From Octopus vulgaris (taxonomy: Eukaryota): a DNA stretch of 64,000 nucleotides. A program made the translations under genes and the position numbers. The stretch lies in contig OX597837.1 of assembly GCA_951406725.2 (NCBI GenBank), positions 39,184,001 through 39,248,000 on the forward strand. Direction: 5' to 3'. Of this stretch, positions 1-12,427 are shown one piece after another; the stretch's first letter is position 1; every line of letters starts with the position of its first letter. The notes under the pieces were generated by a model, which ran no database searches, had not been told where the DNA came from, and saw only the letters and a program-made list of their open reading frames with translations.

Positions 1-169
1 AAGAAACCATGGAAGACCTTGACTGAGATTCTGCAATAATGGAACATGAAGTGGAAAGGAATCGATGGTAATAAATGGTAAACCCAAGCTGAAAACCAAC
101 CAGGGCAGAGAGAGCTTATCAAGTCCTGCCAAAGCCATGAATGGTCATAATCATGATAACTGACAGCAT

Positions 170-1135
170 CATCATCATTTAACGTCCATTGTCCATGCTG
201 GCATGGGTTGGACAGTGTGGCCAGAGCTGGCAAGCTGGGGAACTGCATGAGACTTCAATCTAATTTGTCATGGCTGGATGCCCTTCCTAACGCCAACCAC
301 TTTACAGGGTGTGCTGGATATTTTTACATGGCACTGCATGGGTGCTTTTACAGAGCACCACATGGCTTTGACAGGGCATTGCACAGGTGCTTTTACGGGG
401 CACTGCACAGGCGCTTTTACGGAGCACCGCACAGGCACTTTTAGGTGACACCGCACAGGTGCTTTTATGTGGGGCCACACAGGCGCTTTTATGTAGGGCC
501 ACACAGGCGCTTTTATGTAGGGCCACACAGGCGCTTTTATGTGGGGCCACACAGGCGCTTTTATGTGGGGCCACACAGGCGCTTTTATGTGGGGCCACAC
601 AGGCACTTTTACGTGGGGCCACACAGGCGCTTTTACGTGGGCCCACACAGGCGCTTTTACGTGGGCCCACACAGGCGCTTTTATGTGGGTCCACACAGGC
701 ACTTTTATGTGGGTCCACACAGGCGCATTTACGTGGGTCCACACAGGCGCTTTTACGTGGGTCCACACAGGCGCTTTTACGTGGGTCCACACAGGCGCAT
801 TTACGTGGGGCCACACAGGCATTTTATGTGGATCCACATAAAAGGCACTTTTTATGTGGGCCCACACAGGTGCTTTTATGCAGCACTGTCACGAATGCTT
901 TACACCACCAGAAGGATCGGTCTTAACACTTCTGCTGCAGGGTACAGGTATTCTTGAACATGGCCAGGTGCCAGGTATCTCGGTCCTTTGTCATCTCACG
1001 CGAAAGGCTCAGCTTCCTAGGGTCATTCTTCAGTACCTCATCCTGTGTCTTCCTGGGTCTCCCACTTCTACATGTTCCATCCACTTTGATAAATCAGCAC
1101 TAATTTACAGAGCTGTCAGCATCCATCCGCATCAC
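170..1135 (-). mobile_element. 5'-truncated RTE-clade LINE 3' end (ORF tail plus 3'UTR with a 24-bp VNTR)
   Basis: Minus strand 960-1135 translates to VMRMDADS..KVDGTCRSGRPRKTQDEVLKNDPRKLSLSREMTKDRDTW (RTE C-terminal GRP..W motif). The terminus GGACGTTAAATGATGATG is at about 170-190. Confidence 0.7.
330..880. repeat. 24-bp minisatellite (ACAGGCGCTTTTAYGTGGGGCCAC), roughly 22 copies
   Basis: Direct periodicity; explains the 8-aa repeat ORFs (HRRFYVGP etc.) in all frames. Confidence 0.95.
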
Positions 1136-1302
1136 AAATTATAATAACGTAATCCTTAAAGGCAAAAAGCAAATAGCCAACACCATGCTAAGCCCCTGGT
1201 TCCTCAGTCCAGAAGCTCCATTCTGTTTTTCAGGTAGGCCCACCATCAATCACTGGGTTCCCAGCCCATATTACTAATTGTTATTAGCTGAGTGGACCCA
1301 AG

Positions 1303-1718
1303 CAGTTACTCTCAACCATTTTTTTTTTTTTTTTTATCTATGAACCCCTTTAATTCCTATCTTACTTGGGTGGACCCTCATAACCATTTGATGTATAAAA
1401 AATCCTATTTTTGTAATTAAATATTATTTGGAATTTTATAGAAAAAAATTTTTTTTAATTTTGAATCTTGTAGAATTATAACCAATTTATTGCACAACAA
1501 ATTTTGGTTTCAAATTTTGACACAAGGCCAGCAATTTTGGGAGTTGGGGCTAATCAATTACATTGGCCTCTGCTCAACTGGTACTTATTTTATCAACCCC
1601 TAAAGGATGAAGGGCAAAGCTGACCGTGGCAGAATTCAAACTCGGAATATAATAATAGATTGAAATGCCACTAAGCATTTTGCTGGGCTTTCTAATGATT
1701 CTGCCAGCTCACCACCTC

Positions 1719-1752
<34 letters not shown>

Positions 1753-2349
1753 TAATAATAATGATTGTTAAGAGAACCTGTTAAGAAGGCCTACTAATGA
1801 TTCTGCCAGCTCGTTGCCTTAATATTAATTATAATACTACTCTTTTATTTGTTTCAGTCATTTGACTGTGGCCATGCTGGAGCACCGCCTTTTTAGTCGA
1901 GCAAATCGACTCCAGGACTTATTCTTTGTAAGCCTGGTACTTATTCTATCGGTCTCTTTTGCCGAATCGCTAAGTTACAGGGACGTAAAGACACCACCAT
2001 CGGTTGTCAAGTGATGTTGGGGGGACAAACACAGACACACAAATATACACACACACACACACACACACTCACACATATATATATACATACATATATTTGA
2101 CAGGCTTCTTTCAGTTTCCTTGTACCAAATCCGCTCATAAGGCTTTGGTCGGCCTGAGGCTATAGCAGAAGACACTTGCACAAGGTGCCATGCAGTGGGA
2201 CTGAACCCGGAACCATGTGGTTGGTAAGCAAGCTACTTACCACACAGCCACTCCTACACCTACAACTACTAATTTTTTTCTTTCTGCTCTTATTTGCACA
2301 TTAAATTTTAATGGCAAAATCTTCTCTGGACCCCAGTTGAGAACCATTG
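1303..2349. mobile_element. hAT-like MITE interrupted by SINE C and SINE A copies
   Basis: Degenerate TIRs CAGTTACTCTCAACC ... GTTGAGAACCATTG. It splits a SINE D copy (AGCTGAGTGGAC | GAAATGAAGCATTTTGTTCAAGAACACAAC). The same family occurs in opposite orientation at 16477-17110. Confidence 0.6.
1838..2255 (-). mobile_element. tRNA-derived SINE family A (about 400 bp, internal TA/TG microsatellite)
   Basis: A box TGGCTGTGTGG, B box GGTTCAGTCCC, CORE-like GGCACCTTGGGCAAGTGTC and (GAGTAAAA)n-type tail. More than 20 full or partial copies occur in the window. Confidence 0.9.
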
Positions 2350-2809
2350 AACTAAGCGAAATGAAGCATTTTGTTCAAGAACACAACACATTGCCCGGCC
2401 TGGGAATTGAAAACACAATCTTATGATCACGAGTCCAACACACTTACCACTATGTTGCACACTTTTATCTTGGAAGGATAAAAATAAATTTGACCATTGC
2501 AGGATTTGAACTCAAGATATTTTGCCTGATGCTCTAATGATTCTGCCAATCCACCTTTGCTGTTGTTGTTGTTGTTATTTTAAGGTTCATTTTTCCATGC
2601 TTACATGGGTCAAGCTGAATTTCTTGAGGCAGATTTACATACAGCTGGGTGCCCTTGCTGTCGCCAACCCTCATCTGTTTCCAAGCAAAGTAATATTTTC
2701 CCATAGCTACACATGTTTTTCACAGACGACTGGAAACGGTTGTTGTGGTATAAGCTGTGATGCATTCCTCGTTGACCATTTTCCCTCCATGGAAATTGTA
2801 GCTGTGGTA

Positions 2810-3197
2810 CCAGTGCCGGTGGCACGTAAGAGAACCATCCGAACGTGGCCGTTGCCAGCGCCGCACTGACTGGCCTCCGTGCCGGTGGCACGTAAAAAGC
2901 ACCATCTGATTGTGGCCGTTGCCAGCCTCATCTGGCCCCCGTGCCGGTGGCACGTAAAAAGCGCCACCTGATCGTGGCCGTTTTGCCAGCCTCCTCTGGC
3001 ACCTGTGCAGGTGGCACATATAAAAAGCACCCACTACACTCTCGGAGTGGTTGGCATTAGGAAGGGCATCCAGCCGTAGAAACACTGCCAGATCAGACTG
3101 GAGCCTGGCGCAGCCTTCTGGCTTCCCAGACCCCAGTTGAACCGTCCAACCCATGCCAGCATGGAAAACGGACGTTAAACGATGATGATGATGATGA
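2810..3197 (+). mobile_element. RTE LINE 3'UTR fragment
   Basis: Several about 60-bp GTGCCGGTGGCACGTAAAAAGCACC units, then GGAAGGGCATCCAGCCGTAGAAAC, GGACGTTAAACGATGATG and a (GAT)n tail. Confidence 0.8.
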
Positions 3198-3297
3198 GGA
3201 TGATCTCTTTTGTACTCCAGCATCCAGGCACACTTAACATTGTGCATCCATTGAAGCCTGCTCATATCACAGAGCCATAAAATATATATATTTTTTT

Positions 3298-3507
3298 TAC
3301 TCTTTTACTCGTTTCAGTCATTTGACTGCGGCCATGCTGGAGCAAGCACCGCCTTTAGTCGAGCAAATCGACCCCGGGACTTATTCTTTTGTAAGCCCAG
3401 TACTTATTCTATCGGTCACTTTTGCCGAACCGCTAAGTGACGGGGACGTAAACACACCAGCATCGGTTGTCAAGCAATGCTAGGGGGACAAACACAAACA
3501 CACACAA

Positions 3508-3538
<31 letters not shown>

Positions 3539-3699
3539 CATATATACGACAGGCTTCTTTCAGTTTCCGTCTACCAAATCTACTCACAAGGCATTGGTCG
3601 GCCCGGGGCTATAGCAGAAGACACTTGCCCAAGATGCCACGCAGTGGGACTGAACCCGGAACCACGTGGTTGGTAAGCAAGCTACTTACCACACAGCCA
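3298..3699 (-). mobile_element. SINE family A
   Basis: Near full-length match to other family A copies in the window. Confidence 0.9.
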
Positions 3700-3702
3700 G
3701 AG

Positions 3703-4130
3703 GAAAACAGCCTTTGTTTCCCCTCAGGAGCAATAACTTCCTGACCCCTTTTCTAAGCCATTCTCAACCTGATAACTTTTAGAGCAACTTCCTCTCCTGC
3801 TAATTAGGTTACCAGGGTAACAGAAGCTATTGACTACTTACTAGTGAGCCATCTGAGCATTGAACTGAATCTACGTTTGGTGTGTTCCAAGGACGTACTG
3901 CTCTAGTGCATCTGTCACACATGAAGCTTACTTTCTTTGTGAGCCTACCTGTGATTCCAGTACTGTAGGGCCATACGCTGTGCCAAGCTTACACTCGGTG
4001 CAGCATGTGGAGTTTACACCTACTCCTTTTTTGCTTATTGATCAAGGCCCATTTGTCTGAAGGCACCAAGATCTGGGCTTTTTTTTTTTTTCTACTCACA
4101 AAATCCTTCATTTTTGCTCAGTTTACTTTA
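3703..4130 (-). pseudogene. Decayed RTE LINE ORF fragment (Cys-rich segment of the RT region)
   Basis: Minus strand has remnants such as KGVGVNSTCCTECKL and GITGRLTKKVSFMCDRCT, homologous to the copy at 5470-5860, with frameshifts. Confidence 0.6.
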
Positions 4131-4247
4131 TGACCTTTCAGTTCTCAGTTTAGCTTCAATTCTTGGAATTTCCTCTCTTAATTCCCCTCAAGCTTTTGAC
4201 AAATAAATCCCCAACATACTGGAGTTCTCATGGACAGTGAGCCTTAA

Positions 4248-4468
4248 CCCTTTTGCTACTAACCCGGCCAAAACCGGCTCTGGCTCTGTGGTAAAATGTC
4301 TTGTTTTCATAAGTTTTGAATTAAAATCTTCCACCAAACCTTAGTCACAATTTATGTTCCTAACACTAGCTGAATGATAACTAAGTTATTTTACAAAATT
4401 CTTTGTTATATTTAAAATTAATTGAAAGAAACACAGAGCATCTCGAAATTAATACAGTAATGAAAGGG
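4248..4468. mobile_element. piggyBac-type MITE family 1
   Basis: TTAA flanks (4244-4247, 4469-4472) and CCCTTT...AAAGGG termini; same element as 62426-63635. Confidence 0.85.
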
Positions 4469-5469
4469 TTAAACTCCTTTGTGTGATGGCAGAATTGTTA
4501 GCACGCAGGACAAAATGTTCAGTAGCATTTCTTCGGGCTCTACATTCTGAGTTCAAATTCCATCGAGGCTGACTTTGCTTTACGTCCTTTTGGGGGCCAA
4601 TAAAAAAAAGGGGTGTGACTGTGTGGTAAGAAGCTTGCTTCCCAATCACAGGTTCTGGGTCCAGTCCTACTGTGTGGCACCTTGTGCAAATGTCTTCTAC
4701 TATAGCCTTGGGTCAACCAAAGCCTTGTGAGTTGATTGCGAAATGCTTTGTGGTATTTCGTCTGCTGTTACGTTCTGAGTTCAAATTCCACCGAGGTCGA
4801 CTTTGCCTTTCATCCTTTCATGGTCAATTAAATAAGTACCAGTTATGCACTGGGGTCAATGTAATTGACTTAATCCGTTTGTCTGTCCTTGTTTGTTCCC
4901 TCTGTGTTTAGCCTCTTGTGGGTAGTAAAGAAATTGGTCTTGCAAAAAATTTAGTATTTAAACCAACCAATTAGTATTTAAACCAACCATGTCCAGCCAA
5001 AATATTCTACCCATTTTATTGGCCATATCCAGCCTTTTACACCTATCCTACAAAGCCATTCCAAAAAATAAAATGTTACATCATTGAAATCTCAGCACAT
5101 AAAGATAATGCAAGATTAACCCGAAACAATTTGAATTAATGAGGATTATATTTGGCAGTAATCCGAATGTTAAAGGGTTAAGATATCTCTTATCCTTTTA
5201 CTGGTTTCAGTCAGTGTGCGGCCATGCTGGGGCACTCCCTTGAAGAGTTTTTAGTGAAATGAACCAACTCCAGTACTTTTGTACTTTTTTCCCTTAGCCT
5301 GGTACCTATTCTGTTTGTATCTTTTGCCAAACCGTTAAGTTATAGGAATGTAAACAAACCAACACCGGTTATCAAGATAACATGTTTATCAGGAATCAAA
5401 TTTAAAGTAAATAGAAAATGGAGAAATATTGATCAACAACAATTGACTTAGATCAATTATTTTTTTTAA

Positions 5470-5859
5470 CATGGTCCGCTGGATCATGTTAGCTTCATTT
5501 CTTTCAAGCCTACGCATGTCCTCCACCGTCACAGCCCATGTTTCACTGCCGTGAAGCATGGCAGTTCGCACACATGCATTGTACAATCTACCTTTCACTC
5601 TGAACGAGAGGCCCTTTGACACTAGTAGGGGTAAAAGCTTTAAACTTTGCCCAGGCTATACTTATTCTAGTGGTAACACTCTCTGAGCATCCACCCCCCC
5701 CCACTACTAACTTGGTCACCCAGGTAGCAGAAGCTATCAACTACTTCTAGTTTCTCTCCCTGGAGTGTGATGGAATCTATTTTCTGAACATCTGTGGTGT
5801 TTATTGCCCCTGTGCATCTGCTGCACACGAAAGCTCCCTTCCCAGTTAATCTTCCTTTG

Positions 5860-5860
<1 letters not shown>
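5470..5860 (-). pseudogene. RTE LINE reverse-transcriptase C-terminal fragment
   Basis: Translates to LQGEKLEVVDSFCYLGDQVSS and SKGLSFRVKGRLYNACVRTAMLHGSETWAVTVEDMRRLERNE (YLG and GSETW RTE motifs). Confidence 0.85.
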
Positions 5861-5937
<77 letters not shown>

Positions 5938-6161
5938 ATAAGATCGTTAAATTAAATATTGATCTTATCAAATGGTCAGCATGGGAATAAAAACCTTCAA
6001 AGGTAATTATTATTAAAATTATAATTTAGAGTATCTAAGAGACACCACCATGCTGGAAATAGCAGTCAAAACCTGACTCTAAAACCACATTAAAAGTTCA
6101 CACAGCACCAGGAGAGAAGACTAAGGAACAAAATAAATTAGCAAAAAATTACTGGATAATA

Positions 6162-6220
<59 letters not shown>

Positions 6221-6223
<3 letters not shown>

Positions 6224-6427
6224 TCTTTTACTTGTTTCAGTCATTTGACTGCGGCCATGCTGCAGCACCGCCTTTAATCGAGCAACTCAACCCCCGGAGC
6301 TTATTCTTTGTAAGCCCAGTACTTATTCTATCGGTCTCTTTTGCCGAACCGCTAAGTGACGGGGACATAAACACATCAGCATCGGTTGTCAAGCAATGCT
6401 AGGGGAACAAACACACAAACACACACA

Positions 6428-6475
<48 letters not shown>

Positions 6476-6638
6476 TATATACATATATACGATGGGCTTC
6501 TTTCAGTTTCCGTCTACCAAATTCACTCACAAGGCTTTGGTCGACCTGAGGCTATAGTAGAAGACACTTGCCCAGGTTGCCATGCAGTGGGACTGAACCC
6601 GGAACCATGTGGTTGGTAAACAAGCTACTTACCACACA
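6221..6638 (-). mobile_element. SINE family A
   Basis: Full-length match, flanked by (TA)n. Confidence 0.9.
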
Positions 6639-7269
6639 GATATATATATATCATCATCATTTAATGTTTTCCATGCTAGCATAGGCTGGACACTTTGACA
6701 GGAGCTAGTAAGACTGGGTGTTGCACCAGGCCCCAATTGTCTGTTTTCGCAAGGTTTCTGTGGCTGAATTCTCTTCTTAACACCAACCACTTACAAAGTG
6801 TATTGGGTGCTTTTTATGGGGCACCACCACCAATGGGGTCACCAAGTAATTTGCAAGATCAATACTCAGTTCATTTTGGGGAAGAAGTAGTGGAGAGGGT
6901 TGCGGTGGTTTTGTGCCAGATGATGAAGGGATCAGAGGGACAGGGGTAGGTGTTTTGATGGAGATTAGATGCCGGAATACTTCAGTTTGAAAAAGGAAGG
7001 AGGGTCAGTGAGGGGGTAAGATAAGGAGAGCAATACTGAGAGAGGAGGTGGTGGGGAGGGAGGTATGGAATTTATGGACACTGGGTGGTAGGGTTGGGTT
7101 CCGATGATAAGTGAACTGATAAAGAGTCTTGGATGGGGTGGGTAGGTTGGAGGCGACAGGCATATGATGGAGTGAGGTGGAGGAGAAGCTCAGCAGGGTT
7201 GTTGTAGGGGGGTGTGAGGGCATTGAGGGTGACAGCAGATAAAGAAGGTGTTAATGATGGAGAACAACG

Positions 7270-7870
7270 CTTATATGTATGTATTTGTGCGTGTGTATAT
7301 TTGCATATATCTCTGTTTATATGTAGTGTATATTTGTATGTATTTGTATGTGTATATGTGTGTATACATATATTTGTGTGTATATATGTATTTGTATATA
7401 TATATGTGAATGTGTGTATATATATTTGTGTGTATATATGTATTTGTGTATATGTGTGTATTTGTGTGTATATGTATGTATTTGTGTATATATATGTGTG
7501 TGTGTATTTGTGTATATATATGTATGTATTTGTGTATATATATGTGTGTGTGTGTATTTGTGTATATATATGTATGTATTTGTGTATATATATGTATGTA
7601 TTTGTGCATATATATATATGTATATATTTGTGTATATATATATGTATATATTTGTGTGTATATATATATATGTGTATTTGTGTGTGTGTGTATATATATT
7701 TGTGTATATATATATATATATGTGTGTATTTGTGTGTATATATGTGTATTTGTGTGTGTATATATATGTGTGTGTGTGTATTTGTGTATATTTGTGAGCG
7801 TATATATGTATTTGTGTGCACAGGTGTGTGCATATATGTACGTACTTGTATATATATGTATATATTTGTT
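7270..7870. repeat. Compound (TA)/(TG) microsatellite with a TATTTGTG period
   Basis: Directly visible low-complexity array. Confidence 0.95.
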
Positions 7871-8976
7871 GTATGTTTGTATAGAGAGAATGATAACGAT
7901 ATAAATGTCTATGTATTCTATTATATACATCATGTAATATCTCTGCTCAAGCCTACCATTGTTGGCACCGAGACATTATTCTAAAGACATCATGTGCTGC
8001 ATTGACAGCGAGCATTGCCGTGCAGAAGCCATTGTCCAGGAGGCTGAAGTCACGTCCAGAGAACTGAATGATGCTTCAAGCCTAGACTTCTCTCAGACTA
8101 ATGGACTTGACCACTGAAGAATTGCTTGCTCAACCACGCTGTATCTTTAACGAATTTGATAATTAGGATATCAATCACCAACTGAACACCCATGACAGCG
8201 GATGGCGGATGCTACAGACCAAGACATCAAATGGAAGCTGACGCAAAAATGGATGCTTAACTACAACAGTAACAGGGAATGCTGATCGTATTTAATGGAT
8301 TTCTCCAAGGATGTGTCTAACTTCAAAGTCAGACATTTGTACCTTGTTTACACGAGTGGGTATACATTCTAAGCCCTTGGTCTAAACTGCTTTAGGGAAA
8401 TCACACCATTGTTCCCTTTCTTCCATCTCTTTCCCATGGTTGAAGCACCATCCAGCCATTCATCCTTAAAATATTTGTTTTTCTTTTACCCCTTTCTTCA
8501 TTCGCACCTGTCCATCCACCCCCTTTCTCCATCTCCTTCATCAATAAGGAAATCGATTTTGGAGGAGTGTGAGAATTTTCCAAGACTCCCTTAAAAGAAA
8601 AGAATAATTGTCACCAGTACACTGTGAGTGGACCTGGTTGATGGAAACTGAAAGAAGCCTATCGTATATAATGTGTATGTGTGTCTTTGTTCCTGCTACC
8701 AATGCTTGATGACTGCTTTAGGTCCCAGTCACTTAGCAGTTCAGCAAAAGAGATTGATAGAATAAGAACAAAACTTCAAAAAAAAAAAAAAATAGATACC
8801 AGAGTAAAATATATTATCATCATCGTGCATCAATTTTCCATGGTGGTATGGTTTGACATATCTGTATAAAGGATCAATCCCCCTGCGTGGCACCTTGGGC
8901 AAGTGTCTTCTGCCTCAGGCTGACCAAAACCTTGTGGGTGGATTTGGTAGATGGAAACTGGAAGAAGTCTGTCGTA

Positions 8977-9113
8977 CACTAGCGTAACTAACGTGGGGTG
9001 GTAGGGGCGGTCCGCCCCGGGTGGCACTTTTGGGTCTGCTCTAAGTAATATGTGTCCAGGGGCAGCAAACGGAAGGGCCGCCTCGGGTGGCACACACTTT
9101 TGCTATACCAGTG
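8977..9113. mobile_element. 137-bp hAT-type MITE inside a SINE A copy
   Basis: Perfect 8-bp TSD CTGTCGTA (8969-8976, 9114-9121); imperfect TIRs CACTAGCGTAAC / GCTATACCAGTG. Confidence 0.85.
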
Positions 9114-9352
9114 CTGTCGTATATTTGTATGCATGTGTGTGTGTCAATGTTTGTCTCCCTCCACCGCTTGAGAACCGGTGTTGGTGTGTTTACATCCTTG
9201 TAAACTAGCAGTTCAGCAAAGAAGACCAACAGAATAGATACAAGGCTTAGAAAAAAAAAAGGGTTTTGAGTTGATTCATTCGACTACAAATTCTTCATGA
9301 TGGTGCCCCAGGCTGGCTGCAGTCAAAATGACCAAAACAAAACATAAGAGAC

Positions 9353-9390
<38 letters not shown>

Positions 9391-9395
<5 letters not shown>

Positions 9396-9790
9396 GGAGT
9401 GGCTGTGTGGTAAGTAGCTTGCTAACCAACCACATGGTTCCGGGTTCAGTCCCACTGTGTGGCATCTTGAGCAAGTGTCTTCTGCTATAGCCCCGGGCCG
9501 ACCAATGCCTTGTGAGTGGATTTGGTAGACGGAAACTGAAAGAAGCCTGTCGTATATATGTATATATATGTGTGTGTGTGTGTGTGAGTCTGTTTGTCCC
9601 CCTAGCATTGCTTGACAACCGATGGTGGTGTGTTTACGTCCCCGTCACTTAGTGGTTCGGCAAAGAGACCGATAGAATAAGTACTGGGCTTACAAAGAAT
9701 AAGTCCCGGGGTCGATTTGCTCGACTAAAGGCGGTGCTCCAGCATGGCCGCAGTCAAATGACTGAAAAAAGTAAAAGAGTAAAAAGAGTA
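9391..9790 (+). mobile_element. SINE family A
   Basis: Full-length, from the A/B boxes to the tail. Confidence 0.9.
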
Positions 9791-9897
9791 TATAATGTTT
9801 CTTGTCCTGTTTTCCATTTGTTTCTCTTGTTGTTTTCGTATTTCATGATTGTCTACTTTTGGTGACGTCCCATACCCATATATGCTTATATGTATAT

Positions 9898-10116
9898 CAG
9901 TGCTTTTCAAACTTTTTGCTGGAGCGGAACCCCAAGAAAACATTCCACTGGCTCGAGGAACCCCTGTGCAATAATTTGATAGTCTTATGCACACTTATCT
10001 GCACAGGAGAATTAAAGATTACTGTCGATTTTAGCAGTTTTGTAACTTCTTGCGGAACCCCTGGACTGTACTGGCGGAGCCCTAAGGTTCCGCGGAACCC
10101 TGGTTGAAAACCACTG
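9898..10116. mobile_element. 219-bp hAT (Charlie-like) MITE
   Basis: TIRs CAGTGCTTTTCAAAC / GGTTGAAAACCACTG, 8-bp TSD ATGTATAT on both sides, and internal repeated GCGGAACCC subterminal motifs. Confidence 0.9.
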
Positions 10117-10447
10117 ATGTATATATATATGTGTGTGTGTGTGTGTATGTGTATATATCTGTGTGTGTGTGTGTGTATATATATGTACGTGTGTGTGTGT
10201 ATATATATATATATATATGTGCGTGTGTGTGTGTATATATATATACGTGTGTGTGTATATATATATGTGCGTGTGTGTGTATATATATATGTGCGTGTGT
10301 GTGTGTGTGTGTATATATGTGCGTGTGTGTATATATACATATGTACGTGTGTGTGTATATATATATATATGTACGTGTGTGTGTATATATGTGTGCGTGT
10401 GTGTATATATATATGTGTGCGTGTATATATATGTGCGTGTGCGTATA

Positions 10448-10482
<35 letters not shown>

Positions 10483-10630
10483 GTACGTGTGTGTGTGTGT
10501 GTATATATATATATGTACGTGTGTGTGTATATATGTGTGCGTGTGTGTATATATATATGTGTGCGTGTATATATGTGTGAGTGTGTATTCGTGTATATCT
10601 GGACGCACACCCATGCATATATATATATAC
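10117..10630. repeat. Compound (TA)/(TG) microsatellite
   Basis: Directly visible. Confidence 0.95.
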
Positions 10631-10999
10631 AAGACGGCTTAATAGTAGATAGTAGTTGTCTAGAAAAATGTCACGAATGTTGTAAAGTAAGTTTGGTTGT
10701 TGTATTATAGCCGCATAGTTGTGTCTCGTAAGTGATTGAGTGACTGGAGCGATTGTAAAGTGTGTGAAAAGGAAAAAAAATAAATAATAAAACTGCTTCG
10801 CTTCGTTCTATGAATATCTTGTTCACAATCCGGCGTAGTGTCGGATGTTCCTGCGTGACGCAAGCAACAATGATAGTAGTTATTGTTATAAACGATGATG
10901 ATGATGTTAAGGAAGTTTAGTTGTAGCCTCATAGATCTGTTCTATAAGTGATCGGGTGATTGCAAAGGGTGTGAAATGAAGATCTGTTCATAAGTCGGT

Positions 11000-11392
11000 G
11001 GCGAAATGCGTAGCCGTATTTCGTCTGCCGTTACGTTCCGAGTTCAAATTCCGCCGAGGTCGACTTTGCCTTTCATCCTTTCGGGGTCGACAAATTTAAG
11101 TACCAGTTACGCACTAGAGGGTCGATGTAATCGACTTAATACCTATGTCTGTCCTTGTTTGTCCCCTCTATGTTTAGCCCCTTGTGGGTAGTAAAGAAAT
11201 AGGTATTTCGTCTGACGCTACGTTCTGAGTTCAAATTCCGCCGAGGTCGACTTTGCCTTTCATCCTTTCGGGGTCGATAAATTTAAGTACCAGTTACGCA
11301 CTGGGGGTCTATGTAATCGACTTAATACCTTTGTCTGTCCTTGTTTGTCCCCTCTATGTTTAGCCCCTTGTGGGTAATAAAGAAATAGGTAT
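11000..11392 (+). mobile_element. SINE family C head-to-tail dimer
   Basis: Two about 187-bp bodies (GAGTTCAAATTCC B box, GCCTTTCATCCTTTCGGGGTCGA central domain, GCCCCTTGTGGGTAGTAAAGAAATA tail) joined at AGGTATTTCG. Confidence 0.9.
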
Positions 11393-12054
11393 AAAATATC
11401 GTTGCCCTCCGTGACGCAAACAGCAACAATGGTGAGTGCGCGCACCGGGACCACTGTTCGCTAGTAGTACCCAATGGTAATTCTTTTATTAGCCACAAGG
11501 GCTTACATAAAACAACATCAAAGGACATGGAACAACGTAAAAGACAACACAAGACGAAGCAAAGGGTTTCCAGCGTGTTAATAAATCTCTATAAAGCTGA
11601 AGTTGTCTGTGTATGGCATGTTTGGTAGCCTTCAACTAACACTATCTCCTCCGAGACCCTGCGGTGCATGTTGACCAAAATTGAGAGCATGGTAGAAGAA
11701 AGCTTGCTCTTCCTTCCGTAGAAGAAAAAATTGAAATCGGACCATGTTAACACCAAAAATTATTTACATCAAAAAGATCCTTTTTTTTCTATGAAAATCC
11801 CTATTTTTTACGATCTTTTGACTGCCCTGTCGGCATTTTTCGGTGTATTTCAACCAGAAAAATGCGATCTGCGTGCTGTTACTATCTACGATGTTCAAGT
11901 CAAACCTTCAATGGGTATATTTTGATTTTACAGATTTTTTTTTAGTTATACGTGATGTAAAATAGTCGATTTTATTCATTTTATAGGTACAACCACGATT
12001 CATGGTGCCCATCCATTTGGTTTCAAAATAACATTTATTTTTTCTCTCTTTTTT

Positions 12055-12427
12055 TCTCTTTTACTTGTTTCAGTCATTTGATTGCGGCCATGCTGGAGCA
12101 CCGCCTTTAATCGAGCAACTCGACCCCGGGACTTATTCTTTGTAAGCCCAGTACTTATTCTATCGGTCTCTTTTTTGCCGAACCGCTAAGTGACGGGGAC
12201 GTAAACACACCAGCATCGGTTGTCAAGCAATGCTAGGGGAACAAACACACATATATATATACATATATACGACAGGCTTCTTTCAGTTTCCGTCTACCAA
12301 ATCCACTCACAAGGCATTAGTCGGCCCGGGGCTATAGCAGAAGACACTTGCCCAAGATGCCACGCAGTGGGACTGAACCCGGAACCATGTGGTTGGTTAT
12401 CAAGCTACTTACCACACAGCCACTCCT
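12055..12427 (-). mobile_element. SINE family A
   Basis: Full-length match. Confidence 0.9.

Noticed and set aside
268-957. Overlapping 170-200 aa ORFs with 8-aa repeats
   Set aside because: They are open in several frames on both strands only because the 24-bp unit lacks stops, and they lie inside a LINE 3'UTR.
1838-2255. Naming the SINE families as published octopus OK/OR1/OR2 or Meta/Nin/Ceph-domain SINEs
   Set aside because: Plausible, but I cannot verify which name belongs to which family without a SINEBase/Repbase comparison.
6970-7270. Possible L2/Crack-type LINE 3' end on the minus strand
   Set aside because: Only a faint resemblance of the degenerate translation (..LLPFQTEVFRHL), too weak to list as a feature.
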